In this document: positions 10,536 to 21,491 of the stretch, piece after piece
How positions within the stretch are numbered: the stretch's first letter is position 1
Layout of the letters: the number at the start of each line of letters is the position of its first letter
NCBI GenBank assembly: GCA_036675745.1
Contig: JAKFEJ010000002.1
Location: forward strand, 959 to 64,958
DNA: 64,000 nt
Direction: 5' to 3'
Origin: Chitinophagaceae bacterium
Lineage (GTDB): Bacteria > Bacteroidota > Bacteroidia > Chitinophagales > Chitinophagaceae
The notes under the pieces: model-generated
The model's input: only the letters and a program-made list of their open reading frames with translations
Databases searched by the model: none
What the model was told of the DNA's origin: nothing
Program-made: the position numbers and the translations under genes

Positions 10536-13500
10536 ATGAAATTAATTGCTTGCCGCAACCTCTTCCGCTTTCCCAAAAGGAGGATTGCCAAAACATTACT
10601 GATTATGAAAATGATCGCTGTTTTTACCCTTGCTATCTCCCTGACTGCAGGCGCTAAAAGCTATTCCCAGACAATTACACTTACGCAAAAAAATGTGCCG
10701 CTTGAAAAAGTATTTAAAGAGATCAGCAGGCAAAGTGGCTACACATTCGTGTATACAAAAAGCTTATTACAAAGGGCAAAACGGGTAACACTCAACATAA
10801 CAAATGCTCCCCTGGAGGACGCCTTAACTGAATGTTTCAAAGATCAATCGCTTGATTTTTCCATTTTAGATCAACTGATAATTATTAAAGAAAAGGAAGC
10901 GGTTAAAAACGAAAATGAGTTAAACATCCTTTCCCCGGCACCTGTGGTAATTACTATAACAGGAATAATAACTACTGATAAAGATGAATTGCTTGGCGGC
11001 GCCACCGTTGCTGAAAAGGGAACAGGTAATGCAACCATGACAAAAAGTGATGGCAGTTTTGCAATAACTGTAGCCAGCGAAAAATCTGTACTGGTTATAT
11101 CATTCGTGGGCTATGCTGCCAGGGAAATTGCTGTTGGCATCAAAACAAACATTCATGTTACGCTTTCCCCCACTAATGCAAGCATGGGTGAAATAGTGGT
11201 CACCGGTTATGGCACACAACGTAAAAAAGAAATAACAACTTCGGTTACCAGCATTAAATCAAAGGATTTTAATAAAGGCAACATAAACAATCCCGCCCAA
11301 CTGCTGCAGGGTAAAGTCGCAGGTTTAAGTATTGTTGCCCCACAGGGTAATCCAAACGGCTCTTTTGATATTCGTTTACGTGGTCTATCTACACTGGGTG
11401 CCAACACACAACCACTTATCATAATAGATGGAGTAATTGGAGTTGATTTAAACAGTGTGGATCCTAATGATGTTGCATCTATTGATGTGTTGAAGGATGG
11501 TGGCGCAGCAGCCATATATGGCACCAGGGGTTCGAGTGGCGTGATTTTAATTACTACAAAAACCGGTAGCTTAGGAAAGCCCCGGATCGATTACAATAGT
11601 TACGTTACGGCAGAAAATAAAGACCGCTCACTTCCCGTGATGAATAAGGAAACTTATTTAGCAAATGGAGGAACTGATCTTGGAAGCAATACCAACTGGC
11701 TGAATGAAGTTACGAAGACGGCTATTTCCCAAGTTCATAATTTATCCCTGGCAGGTGGCACCGATCAGACTACTTATCGTGTATCCATGAATTATCGCGA
11801 TGTGGAAGGTGTACTTCTGAATACTGGTTTCGAACAAATAAACGGACGGCTGAACCTCACGCAAAAAGCACTTAACAACAAGCTAACCCTGACCTTAAAT
11901 TTAGCCGCTACCTCTAAAAAGGCAAAGTTAGGGTTTGATCATGCTTTCAGGTCATCCATCGTTATGCCTCCCAGTGCTCCAATAAATACTACTGATGCGT
12001 ATTATGCTAAATACGGCGGCTTTTTTCAGTCAGAGGTGCATGAGCTTTATAATCCCCTGGCCATTATAAAACAAAATATCAATGATCAGACTATTTCACG
12101 TTTAATGTACAATTTACAGGCAGACTACAAAATAACTTCAAACCTGACCGGTTCTGTACGGTATGCGCAGAACAATGACAACCTTGCCAATGGTCAATAC
12201 ATTAGTAAATATAGTTACTATGGAAGCGGTGTAGACCGGAACGGCTTAGCGACCCGGAGCCACAACAGTACAAGTAATAACTTATTTGAGGCCACAGGAA
12301 ATTATGTAAAGTCTTTCCAGGCATTAAGTCTGTCTGTGCTGGGAGGTTACTCTTATCAAAACTTTACTACCGAAAATTTTTCAACCCAGGCCGGCAACTT
12401 TTTAACGGATGCATTTACCTATAACAACTTTGCAGCAGCAAAAGATTTTGCAGACGGGAAGGCCCTTGCTTCCAGCTTAAAAGAAAATAATAAGCTGATC
12501 GCATTTTTCGGACGGGTGAATCTCAACTATGATAATACCTATTTCCTTTCTGCTTCATTGAGAAGAGAGGGATCTACGAGGTTTGGAAACGGAAATAAAT
12601 GGGGCAACTTCCCCGGTATAAGTGCCGGAGTGGACCTTGGCCGGCTGGTTAGCATTCCCAACGTTGATCAGTTAAAACTAAGAGCCAGTTATGGAATTAC
12701 CGGGGCGATGCCTGACGTAAGTTATCTTTCGCAGCAGCTTTACGGACCAGGTGCTTCAGCTACTTATTTCTTATACAACGGTGTATATACCCCGGTCTAT
12801 TCTCCCCAGAGTAATCCCAATCCCGATCTGAAATGGGAAAACAAATCAGAAATTGATTTTGGAATTGATTTCAATATGTTTAATTCAAGACTAAATGGCA
12901 CCTTTGATTATTACAACAGGAAAACAACGGATGCACTGATTACTTTAAATGTACCTGTTCCGCCCAATTTATTTCCAACTTCAGTACTTAATGCAGGTGA
13001 ACTTAAAAATGAAGGAATAGAAGTTACACTGGATTACCTGGCGGTAAAAAGCCAAAAATTTAGCTGGACAACCCGCGCAACATTTTCAACATACAATACA
13101 CGGATAGTTTCATTATCGATGGGCGATATAAAATATGGAGTGAGAGAAGTTGGAAGTTTGCCAGCTCCACTTGTTGGTAATACAGTAAGAGTAGAAGAAG
13201 ATAAACCGATGGGTCAAATGATCGGCTGGCAGTATATGGGTGTTGATGCTAATGGCCAGTATATTCTTAACGACCTTGATAAAAACGGGATTATTAATGA
13301 ACTCGATATTACGGTTATCGGCCGGGGTTTACCAAAAGGAGAAATTGGTTTCTCTAATCGTTTTAGCTATGGTCAGTTAGACCTGAGTTTCTTTTTGCGT
13401 GGTGTTTACGGACATGATCTTGTAAATCTTAACAGGACGATGTTTGAGCAAATTTCCCGTATCAGTTCCTATAACCTGGTCCATACAAAATTCTTTGATC

Positions 13501-13793
13501 CTGCCTATAAAGGACCGGCTGCCTATAATAGCTATTACCTGGAAAATGCATCGTTCATTAAGCTGGATAATTTCACTTTAGGCTACAATTTCAAACTACC
13601 TACACATTCAGTGATATCTTCTGCAAGGGCTTATGTATCTGGTCAAAACCTGTTTTACATTACGAAGTACTCCGGTGTAGACCCGGAGCCGCGGTACACC
13701 AACGAAGGTAATGTTTTGGCACCCGGCGTGGAACCCCGCAATAGCTGGGTAACAACCCGCACTTTCACTTTAGGTATCAATCTTTCATTCTAA
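10536..13793 (+). CDS. SusC/RagA TonB-dependent transducer with N-terminal STN signalling extension (PUL2)
   Basis: N-terminal ITLTQKNVPLEKVFKEISRQSGYTF (STN), LKDGGAAAIYGTRGSSGVILITTK, NPDLKWE, C-terminal Phe. Confidence 0.95.
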   Translation: MKLIACRNLFRFPKRRIAKTLLIMKMIAVFTLAISLTAGAKSYSQTITLTQKNVPLEKVFKEISRQSGYTFVYTKSLLQRAKRVTLNITNAPLEDALTECFKDQSLDFSILDQLIIIKEKEAVKNENELNILSPAPVVITITGIITTDKDELLGGATVAEKGTGNATMTKSDGSFAITVASEKSVLVISFVGYAAREIAVGIKTNIHVTLSPTNASMGEIVVTGYGTQRKKEITTSVTSIKSKDFNKGNINNPAQLLQGKVAGLSIVAPQGNPNGSFDIRLRGLSTLGANTQPLIIIDGVIGVDLNSVDPNDVASIDVLKDGGAAAIYGTRGSSGVILITTKTGSLGKPRIDYNSYVTAENKDRSLPVMNKETYLANGGTDLGSNTNWLNEVTKTAISQVHNLSLAGGTDQTTYRVSMNYRDVEGVLLNTGFEQINGRLNLTQKALNNKLTLTLNLAATSKKAKLGFDHAFRSSIVMPPSAPINTTDAYYAKYGGFFQSEVHELYNPLAIIKQNINDQTISRLMYNLQADYKITSNLTGSVRYAQNNDNLANGQYISKYSYYGSGVDRNGLATRSHNSTSNNLFEATGNYVKSFQALSLSVLGGYSYQNFTTENFSTQAGNFLTDAFTYNNFAAAKDFADGKALASSLKENNKLIAFFGRVNLNYDNTYFLSASLRREGSTRFGNGNKWGNFPGISAGVDLGRLVSIPNVDQLKLRASYGITGAMPDVSYLSQQLYGPGASATYFLYNGVYTPVYSPQSNPNPDLKWENKSEIDFGIDFNMFNSRLNGTFDYYNRKTTDALITLNVPVPPNLFPTSVLNAGELKNEGIEVTLDYLAVKSQKFSWTTRATFSTYNTRIVSLSMGDIKYGVREVGSLPAPLVGNTVRVEEDKPMGQMIGWQYMGVDANGQYILNDLDKNGIINELDITVIGRGLPKGEIGFSNRFSYGQLDLSFFLRGVYGHDLVNLNRTMFEQISRISSYNLVHTKFFDPAYKGPAAYNSYYLENASFIKLDNFTLGYNFKLPTHSVISSARAYVSGQNLFYITKYSGVDPEPRYTNEGNVLAPGVEPRNSWVTTRTFTLGINLSF

Positions 13794-13803
13794 ACTAATT
13801 CAA

Positions 13804-15372
13804 ATGAAGTTTTATAATATCTTCTTTACTGGCCGCAATAAGGCTTTCGGATTTCATTTTTATATTTTGATCTTCGTATTCAGCCTGGCAATAGCTACCC
13901 CCTCTTGTACAAAGCTCGATGAGCCACTTTATAGTCAACTGAGCAATTCAAATTTTTTGCAAACGGATGCTGAAATTGTTGCTGCTGTTGGCGCCGCTTA
14001 TAGCGGCTTAAGAGATTTTCAATCGTTTGGAAATATGTGGACGATATACTGTACAACTGATGAAGTGGCCATAGTAGGCCGCACTGGCGGAGACTGGGCA
14101 GGAGACGGACAGGATCAGCAAATGACTGACCAAAAATGGATTGCTAATAATCGCTTTTTTGCCGGCACCTGGCTTTCATTTTATGGCCAGATTAATACCT
14201 GTAACCGCCTGATCTATCAATTAGAGCAAATCGACCCCGCTAAATATACCAACTATATTGCCGAGATAAAGACAGTGCGGGCCCTGTGGTATTTTTGGCT
14301 GATCGATGAGTGGGGTAATGTACCAATTGTAGATAAGTTTGATGTTCCAAAAAGTTATCTCCCTGCGACCAATACCCGCCAGGAAGTATATAATTTTATT
14401 GAGAAGGAGTTGAAAGAAAATCTTGTTCATCTTCCAAAAGAGAAAAATACAGCTACCTATGGACGGGCCACCTACTGGACCGCACAGGCTATTCTTGCTA
14501 AACTGTATTTAAATGCAATTGTATATACAGGAACACCCCAGTGGCAAAAAGCGATAGACGCCTCTAATGAAATTATTAACTCGGGAAAGTTTTCTTTGAC
14601 GGCTACTTATAGTGAAAATTTCAGCGCTCAAAATCAAAACTCCACGGAAGCTATTTTTGCTATTCCGTTTGATGGCATCTATACGCAATGGACCTGGTTT
14701 CTCCCCCTGATAAGCTTGCACCCTTCTCATGTTCAGACATTCGGCCTGACCCAACAACCCTGGAATGGATTGTCTGTGCAAACAGAATTCTTTTCTTTAT
14801 ATGATGACCAGGACACCCGTAAAAAAGACAATTTTCTTTGGGGACCTCAATATACTCCCACAGGTGATCCTATTCTGGATCCGGGCTATGAAACGGATCC
14901 TGCTATTGATGGCGATCCTAAAGTTGTTTTAACTCCTACTTTCCAATCTCTTTATAATACAGCCAGGCAGTCAGGGGCAAGAGTAAAAAAATGGGAGATT
15001 GAAAAAGGAAGCAATGGCTTTCTGAACAGCGACTTCTTTGTTTTCCGGTATTCGGACATTTTGCTTACAAAAGCGGAAGCAATGTGGCGGTTGACACCCG
15101 GCAATGCAGAAGCGCTGACGCTGGTAAACCAGTTCCGTACCCGGGCCAATGCAACTTCTTTTGCAGCATTAACAGCTGAAAATTTAATGAACGAACGGGG
15201 AAGGGAATTATTTTTGGAGGGATGGCGTCGTTCAGATCTGATACGGTTTGATAAATACAATGAGCCTACCATTTTTAAGCCTTATAAAAGTGAAGCATTC
15301 AGAAAGCTCTACCCCGTTCCGAAGGAACAGTTAGATGCAAATCCGAACTTAACTCAAAATGACGGCTATTGA
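13804..15372 (+). CDS. RagB/SusD family lipoprotein (PUL2)
   Basis: Lipobox PSC, FRYSDILLTKAEA, ERGRELFLEGWRRSDLIRF, NPNLTQNDGY. Confidence 0.95.
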   Translation: MKFYNIFFTGRNKAFGFHFYILIFVFSLAIATPSCTKLDEPLYSQLSNSNFLQTDAEIVAAVGAAYSGLRDFQSFGNMWTIYCTTDEVAIVGRTGGDWAGDGQDQQMTDQKWIANNRFFAGTWLSFYGQINTCNRLIYQLEQIDPAKYTNYIAEIKTVRALWYFWLIDEWGNVPIVDKFDVPKSYLPATNTRQEVYNFIEKELKENLVHLPKEKNTATYGRATYWTAQAILAKLYLNAIVYTGTPQWQKAIDASNEIINSGKFSLTATYSENFSAQNQNSTEAIFAIPFDGIYTQWTWFLPLISLHPSHVQTFGLTQQPWNGLSVQTEFFSLYDDQDTRKKDNFLWGPQYTPTGDPILDPGYETDPAIDGDPKVVLTPTFQSLYNTARQSGARVKKWEIEKGSNGFLNSDFFVFRYSDILLTKAEAMWRLTPGNAEALTLVNQFRTRANATSFAALTAENLMNERGRELFLEGWRRSDLIRFDKYNEPTIFKPYKSEAFRKLYPVPKEQLDANPNLTQNDGY

Positions 15373-15383
15373 TAACGTAAAGA

Positions 15384-15427
15384 ATGTACTATTTCCATTA
15401 CGACAATAAGGGAGGTAGTACATTTTT
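15384..15427 (+). terminator. Intergenic hairpin between susD and the hydrolase gene
   Basis: AATGTACTATTTCC...GGAGGTAGTACATT followed by TTT. Confidence 0.5.
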
Positions 15428-15553
15428 CATCTCCTGTTATTTATAATCAATGTACCGGATTATAATAACTATCGCATTTGACTAATGTAATTATCAACCT
15501 CTATCCTATTCGGTTCAAAGAATAATATTTTAAAGCTTTATAACACCAACTGC

Positions 15554-17344
15554 ATGAACTCACTCGTTAAAATAACGGCTATCATATTGTTGACCGTCCT
15601 GGCATCTTCTTTTCTTACGGCAAATGACAACAGATCATCCGCCTTTACAGCTCCTGTTCTAAATGCAAAAGACACCCTTATAAACAAAAATAAAGGCACC
15701 GGTCCCAGGCATTGGATTGCTTATGAATATTGCTGGATGAATAACAAGCCTATACCTGAAAAATTGTGGAAAGCAAACATTGATTGGGTGATTGCAAATT
15801 TTAAATCTTTCGGGTATGACATGGTTAGTAATGATGGCTGGATTGAAAACGCCCAAACAATAAATACCAGCGGGTATATAACAAAATACAATGACTCGTG
15901 GATTAACGGCTTTGCCTATTGGTCTGATTATCTCAAAAAGAGGGAGATGAAGTTAGGGGTTTATTACAATCCGATGTGGCTGACCAGGGCTGCCTTCAAC
16001 CAAAATGTCACGGTAAAAGGAACAGGTTACAAGGCAAAGGATATCGTCGGTAATACGTCATTTAATGGTGATTTATACTGGGTAGATGTAGCCCTGCCCG
16101 GTGCAAAGGAATGGATCCAGGGCTACGTTAATTACTTTATTGATCTTGGCGCCACTTATCTCCGCATTGATTTCCTGGAGAACTATGAAAAAAATTATGG
16201 CACCGTAAAATATGCACAGGCCCTTCAATGGATAAAAGAAGCAGCAGGTGACCGTATTTTATTAAGTCTGGTAATGCCTAACTGCTATAACCATGGACAA
16301 ACTGAATTGCTCTTTGGAGATATGATAAGAATTGATGACGATTGTTTTAACGGCGGATGGGATTTTGTTAGTGATAGAAAAAGAGGTACCTGGCAGCCGC
16401 ACTGGCCGCAGTATGGAAATGCTTTTGACGGGTTTGTTAGTTTTGCTGATATCGGCGGAAGAGGCCAGATGATTCTCGATGGTGATTTTATCAGGCTAAA
16501 TACGCTGTCCAATGATATTGAAAGAAAATTCCAGGTTTCATTGTTTGTAATGGCAGGATCTCCAATTACCATTGCAGACCAGTATAACACAATTGGAAAA
16601 AGTGCATGGGTTTATCAAAACAAAGAGCTATTGGATTTAAACGATCAGGGTTTTGCAGGCAAACCATTAAGCTTTGATACAAGGGATGGTTACAATAGTT
16701 CCAGGTGGGTTGGTCAGTTGCCAGATGGTGACTGGATAGTGGGGTTATTTAATAGGGAAAGTTCCAATCAAAATAGTAAGATTGATTTTGTAAAAGAGTT
16801 GGGACTTCAACCGGGAGATTCTAATAAGGCAAGGGATTTATGGTCACATACCGATCTTGGAGCTTTGCCGGGTGTTTATTCGGCGGATCTTGCACCACAT
16901 GATTGCAGGATATTGAAAATCAAAAACAGCATTCATCCCAAATATGAGGCAGAAGTTGCTTCTATGATGGGTGGGGCAAAAAAGAGCACAGATCATCAAA
17001 ATTATAGTGGACCGGGATTTGTCGGCAAATTTGAAACGGTTGGTGCAAAGGTGCTCTATGCCGTTAGTGTTCCTGCTGATGGTAATTATATCTTGAAGGC
17101 TGCCTACGCAAACGCTTCAGAGAATACCCGAACCGCCAGTGTATATGTAAATAATACAAAAGTAGCTGATCAGTTAACCATGTCCCGGCTTGCAAGCGGT
17201 GATGATTGGGGCATCGCTGATAAGAAGGTTTACTTAAAAGCAGGTGTAAATTATATTGCCATTCAATATGATCCGGGAGATAATGGTCTTTTTAATCTCG
17301 ATTACATTCAAATAGTAGCATACGGTAGTTCAACAGAACAATGA
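15554..17344 (+). CDS. GH27-like glycoside hydrolase (isomalto-dextranase-like) with C-terminal CBM35/CBM6-like module
   Basis: Signal peptide; DMVSNDGW, YLRIDFL and MIRIDDD as clan-D aspartate motifs; VGLFNR...RDLWSH beta-sandwich; YEAE...HQNYSGPGFV...NLDYI binding module. Confidence 0.75.
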   Translation: MNSLVKITAIILLTVLASSFLTANDNRSSAFTAPVLNAKDTLINKNKGTGPRHWIAYEYCWMNNKPIPEKLWKANIDWVIANFKSFGYDMVSNDGWIENAQTINTSGYITKYNDSWINGFAYWSDYLKKREMKLGVYYNPMWLTRAAFNQNVTVKGTGYKAKDIVGNTSFNGDLYWVDVALPGAKEWIQGYVNYFIDLGATYLRIDFLENYEKNYGTVKYAQALQWIKEAAGDRILLSLVMPNCYNHGQTELLFGDMIRIDDDCFNGGWDFVSDRKRGTWQPHWPQYGNAFDGFVSFADIGGRGQMILDGDFIRLNTLSNDIERKFQVSLFVMAGSPITIADQYNTIGKSAWVYQNKELLDLNDQGFAGKPLSFDTRDGYNSSRWVGQLPDGDWIVGLFNRESSNQNSKIDFVKELGLQPGDSNKARDLWSHTDLGALPGVYSADLAPHDCRILKIKNSIHPKYEAEVASMMGGAKKSTDHQNYSGPGFVGKFETVGAKVLYAVSVPADGNYILKAAYANASENTRTASVYVNNTKVADQLTMSRLASGDDWGIADKKVYLKAGVNYIAIQYDPGDNGLFNLDYIQIVAYGSSTEQ

Positions 17345-17388
17345 TATCATGTATTCAGACCTAAAGAAGATAATTAAAAAATTCGGCT

Positions 17389-18786
17389 TTATTTTTTTTT
17401 GAGGACAAAGATTTGAACAAACAATTTTTCTTTTTGAACTACACACCTGTTATAGGCGAGCATAGTACCGTCATGAGAAAATACAGGCGCCCCAATTGGC
17501 TTTTCGGCATCACTACGCCGGGGAGTTATCCGCATGGATTCGCCGGTCTCCAGGCTTGTCATCAAAACACTGTTGTCGGAGCAATAAGCTACCCACTTGC
17601 TGTCCGGACTGAAATTAAACGGCCCCTGGATAGGGTGCTCATTGTAGGTGAGTTGCTTTACATCACCACCATTGGGACTTATACCAAAAAGTTGGATAAT
17701 CCCATTATCATCAACTGAGAGAAAACCAATAAGGCTTCCATCAGGTGTAGTTCTGAGCCAAAAACGCGGCCCCAGCAAACCGCTTTTTGTATGGGTGATG
17801 CGACGGATAACAACACCCCTGGGCACATTGGGACGGCTATTGATCGTCCCTTCAATCGGACCGGATGCTGGTTGCGTTAGATCATCAGGCAGATCCGCTA
17901 CAAATACTTCCGTAATCAATTTGCCATCCGTGTCCCTTGTATTCCCCTGGAATGCAATGGCCTTTTTATGTCTTGATCCATCTGGCCGCAAGTATCCCTG
18001 CCTCCCGATCCAGCCTTCATCAAATGCTTTATCAATCTCATCGGTGCCAGGCTTCGGATTTTCTTTGACAGGCACCACCAGTACCGAAAACATTTTCCCG
18101 GAATGCATCTCCATTGTCGAATCAGGCTTCACTTCAACATCCCGGGGAAACATAACTCCGATTGTCCGAAGATCTTTAATGCCGGAGTCTGTCTTTGATA
18201 ATCGTTCAATCACATAATCATTATAGGTAAAGCTTATCCATTCGCCATCGCCACTCCAGGTATGTGCATGGGTACCACCCCTGAGCGCACCAGGTGTAAA
18301 AGGTGGCACAATATCCCTTGCATCCATGAAGATGGGCTTGAAAGGCTCTTTGATGTCAATGACAACTCCGGTTCTCCGTGTAAATCCATAAGGATTCTCC
18401 TTAGATGCATTACGAATACCATGTATAAAAAGCACCTTATCCTTATTTGGTGAAAATGTCACTGCGCCAACACCGGGGCCGTATTCGGTTTGATTTTGCG
18501 TTTGGTACAGCAATTTGATTTTACGGGTTCGCAGGTTGACCATACCCACAGAATTGGTGCTGCCAATTTTATTTTCATCATTACGGCTATCAAACACGAT
18601 CCACTGGTCATCGGGTGAAAAAACCTGTGTATTATGAATGGTATGTCCTGACTGGTCAAATGTCAATTGTAGTTCTGTATAGTACATTTCTTTGTTACTC
18701 TTACACGAGTTGATACTAAAAGTTGTGAGAAGCAACAAAGCCGTCATCCAAGGTACACCTGCCCGTTTGATTGCAAAGTCCATCAT
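17389..18786 (-). CDS. DUF3748 (YidR-like) TolB-type beta-propeller lipoprotein
   Basis: ELQLTFDQSGH, GPGVGAVTF, PPFTPGALRGGTHAHTWSGDG, SFTYND; lipobox INSC. Confidence 0.8.
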   Translation of the reverse strand: MMDFAIKRAGVPWMTALLLLTTFSINSCKSNKEMYYTELQLTFDQSGHTIHNTQVFSPDDQWIVFDSRNDENKIGSTNSVGMVNLRTRKIKLLYQTQNQTEYGPGVGAVTFSPNKDKVLFIHGIRNASKENPYGFTRRTGVVIDIKEPFKPIFMDARDIVPPFTPGALRGGTHAHTWSGDGEWISFTYNDYVIERLSKTDSGIKDLRTIGVMFPRDVEVKPDSTMEMHSGKMFSVLVVPVKENPKPGTDEIDKAFDEGWIGRQGYLRPDGSRHKKAIAFQGNTRDTDGKLITEVFVADLPDDLTQPASGPIEGTINSRPNVPRGVVIRRITHTKSGLLGPRFWLRTTPDGSLIGFLSVDDNGIIQLFGISPNGGDVKQLTYNEHPIQGPFNFSPDSKWVAYCSDNSVLMTSLETGESMRITPRRSDAEKPIGAPVFSHDGTMLAYNRCVVQKEKLFVQIFVLKKK

Positions 18787-19718
18787 CGAATCACATTCAA
18801 AAGTTGCTTTACTCTTTCTATACTTTCACCAATAGCGCTTGACTCTTCTTCACTAAACGCATGGCTAAGCGGAGAGATCATCTTGTTATCAACCATCTTC
18901 ATCACCGACAAAACCGCTTTGATTCCCTTGAGGTAACGATAACTACTGCTTCCCTGGCCGTAGATACAGGAAGAAATTTCCATCACAACCTGCTGGAGTA
19001 ACTTTACCTTGTCCAACTCTCCTTTCTTAGCCGCCTCGTATAAACGTACAAAAACCTCCGGAAACATGTTGGACCCGGAATTCACGCCACCGCTGCCGCC
19101 CAATAACACAGCTTGCGCTGTCATTTCATCGGGGCCAACAAAAATTGAAAACTGGGGATCATCTTTTAGCAGGTATAGTAAGGTATTGAAATACGGCGCT
19201 GCACCGGAGCTGTCCTTGATACCTGAAATATTCGGATGCGTTGAAAGCTTTACAACCGTTGCCGGTTCGATCATGATCTTTGTTTGCACCGGCATATTGT
19301 AAACAAAAAGTGGCAGGCTGAGTTTATCAGCCAGGCTCATATAATACGCTGCTAATTCCTGTTGCGTTAGTGTAAAATAATAGGGCGGAGCAGCCACCAC
19401 TGCGGAAGCACCGGCATTTGCAGCATAGGTAGCCAGCTCATTACTTTCATATGGTGAAGGATCAGTAATACCCACGAGTACCGGAACCCTGCCGCTCACA
19501 TATTCACAACTTAAGGTAACAAGCTCCTGTTTTAACCGGGTAGATAAACTTGTTGCTTCACCCGTTGTACCCAAAACAAATATTCCGTGTACACCTCCAT
19601 GAACCAGGTGGTCGATCAGCCTGCGTAATCCTTCTTTGTCTAAAGTCTCATCCTTTAAGAAAGGAGTGATCATCGGAGTGACGATGCCTCCAAAACCTTG
19701 TCCCAATAGTTTGCTCAT
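18783..19718 (-). CDS. DHDPS/N-acetylneuraminate lyase family class I aldolase
   Basis: GIFVLGTTGE, VYNMP, GIKDSSG (Schiff-base Lys). Confidence 0.92.
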   Translation of the reverse strand: MSKLLGQGFGGIVTPMITPFLKDETLDKEGLRRLIDHLVHGGVHGIFVLGTTGEATSLSTRLKQELVTLSCEYVSGRVPVLVGITDPSPYESNELATYAANAGASAVVAAPPYYFTLTQQELAAYYMSLADKLSLPLFVYNMPVQTKIMIEPATVVKLSTHPNISGIKDSSGAAPYFNTLLYLLKDDPQFSIFVGPDEMTAQAVLLGGSGGVNSGSNMFPEVFVRLYEAAKKGELDKVKLLQQVVMEISSCIYGQGSSSYRYLKGIKAVLSVMKMVDNKMISPLSHAFSEEESSAIGESIERVKQLLNVIR

Positions 19719-19735
19719 ATTTTATTCATTTGATC

Positions 19736-21472
19736 TTATAACTTATAATTCTTTGCCGTTTCGTAAGCCTTTGTTCCCTCGGTGTCAGATCCGCCAGTGA
19801 AACCAGGACCACCTGCCGCTATATAGCCATGGCTTGCACCAGTACTTTCAGGGCTTACCCAAAATGAAAACAACTTTCCATTTTTCAAATGAAACCTGAT
19901 CCTTATCGTCTTGCCGATCAATGCTGATAAATCTTCGACTCCTTTCCAGCTTATTTGTTGAATCGTGCTGTTTGCAGAAACAGCTTTACAACGACCAAGC
20001 GTAAAGGGGGTAAGAACGTTATTATTTACATCTGTGATTTCAACTTTCAATTCCCCGTTGGAACAATCAGTATTAACATAAAGATACTTGCCTTTAAAAG
20101 TCAAAGGTCGGGTTGTCAATGCCCCGCCTTTTTTGTCTGCATTCATCGAAGCAAATCCATCTCGCCTTAAGACAGCAATACCTGTACTCCCGTAAGAATG
20201 CATCCCGTTCTTCACATACACACTATGCTTTTTAGATTGGTCACCTTTAAATCCAATATAATAAAATCTTAGTTCGTCACCCACTACAGTGCAAATGCCC
20301 CCAACGGATTGAACATAGCCGCGGTCCCAGTCCCCTTCTTTTCTTGTAGCGTTAATAAACGTTTCCCTGTTGGGTCTATCCCAATGAAATCCGTCACGGC
20401 TAAAAGATATTTTCAGCTCTGTGATCTTCGGTGTTGCGTCCCTGAGACAAATTTCGTTATCAGGGCCCAGGTGTACCTGGTGTAAACCCAACATGATGCT
20501 TTCATATCCTACTGCCGATAAATTATACAACTGTGCCTTATCACCTATCGCAGGATCAGGCAGATCCAGCCTGTCAGCACCGGTCCAGAAAGCAATGTCT
20601 TTGATATCCCATTGAGCTCCTTTCAGGTAATCGTCATGTTCATAGTAATAACGGGAACGCCCAATCGGTGAACGTCCATATTGACCTGTGTTACGCAGGC
20701 TGTACACCCATTTTTTCCGGAAAGGATTGTAAAAGATGGTGGTCCTGTCACCACATATACCTGTTTCGATAGGATCGGACCAGTGAATACCGTCTTCCGA
20801 TACCATCGCATAACCACGTTGAAAAGTTTTTGTCACGCCAGGAACAGAGTTCGGTGGCCGGAGAAACATCTTGAATCGTTGTTTCGGATCGTTGGTAAAA
20901 TGGTCCAGGAAAACGGTGCTCGAATCGGCAATGATTTCCGGGACGAGCCTGTTGGTTCCGCCATCAATATCCAATTCGGGCCTTTCCCAGTGTATACCAT
21001 CCTTGCTCGTAGCATAAGCCATAGAGTATAACCAACCCGCTTCATACCACATCTTAAATAATTTATCTTTGGGATCCCACCATACGCCACCATCCTTAGC
21101 CGATGCGCCGGGTATGCCAAACGGACCCTGTTCCAACCAGGTCTCCGGTTTCAATACTGGATTATTTTCCAGTTTTCTCGCATTATGGAACTCGCGTTGC
21201 AAGGATGTTTTCTCAATTAAAAAATCATCCACAAATAATTGTCTTCCTACATCAATAGGAATAATGGCAGGACGGTTCCTGAGATAAGGGATATTCATGG
21301 GTTCATAGTTACCCGGGTCAATATCTCTTGGTGGCCAATTGTCTGGCAACCTAATTCCATTATATAATAATTCGCCGGAACCCGGCATCTTGAAAAGGTC
21401 AACAGAAGGCAGGATTAAACCTGTAATTCCCAATGTGGAGGTATTCCTCAAAAATTCACGACGATTGATCAT
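19736..21472 (-). CDS. Tat-exported five-bladed beta-propeller glycoside hydrolase-like protein (GH32/clan J-like)
   Basis: Twin-arginine signal NRREFL; RQLFVDDFLIE, YATSKDGIHWERP, SEDGIHW, SRDGFHW repeats; LRRDGFASM C-terminal sandwich. Confidence 0.7.
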   Translation of the reverse strand: MINRREFLRNTSTLGITGLILPSVDLFKMPGSGELLYNGIRLPDNWPPRDIDPGNYEPMNIPYLRNRPAIIPIDVGRQLFVDDFLIEKTSLQREFHNARKLENNPVLKPETWLEQGPFGIPGASAKDGGVWWDPKDKLFKMWYEAGWLYSMAYATSKDGIHWERPELDIDGGTNRLVPEIIADSSTVFLDHFTNDPKQRFKMFLRPPNSVPGVTKTFQRGYAMVSEDGIHWSDPIETGICGDRTTIFYNPFRKKWVYSLRNTGQYGRSPIGRSRYYYEHDDYLKGAQWDIKDIAFWTGADRLDLPDPAIGDKAQLYNLSAVGYESIMLGLHQVHLGPDNEICLRDATPKITELKISFSRDGFHWDRPNRETFINATRKEGDWDRGYVQSVGGICTVVGDELRFYYIGFKGDQSKKHSVYVKNGMHSYGSTGIAVLRRDGFASMNADKKGGALTTRPLTFKGKYLYVNTDCSNGELKVEITDVNNNVLTPFTLGRCKAVSANSTIQQISWKGVEDLSALIGKTIRIRFHLKNGKLFSFWVSPESTGASHGYIAAGGPGFTGGSDTEGTKAYETAKNYKL

Positions 21473-21491
21473 GTTATTTTTTTTAGTTAAG

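Noticed and set aside
18783-19718. Housekeeping dapA or canonical nanA
   Set aside because: The context is a catabolic PUL without lysine-biosynthesis or nanE/nagA genes, so only the family can be assigned.
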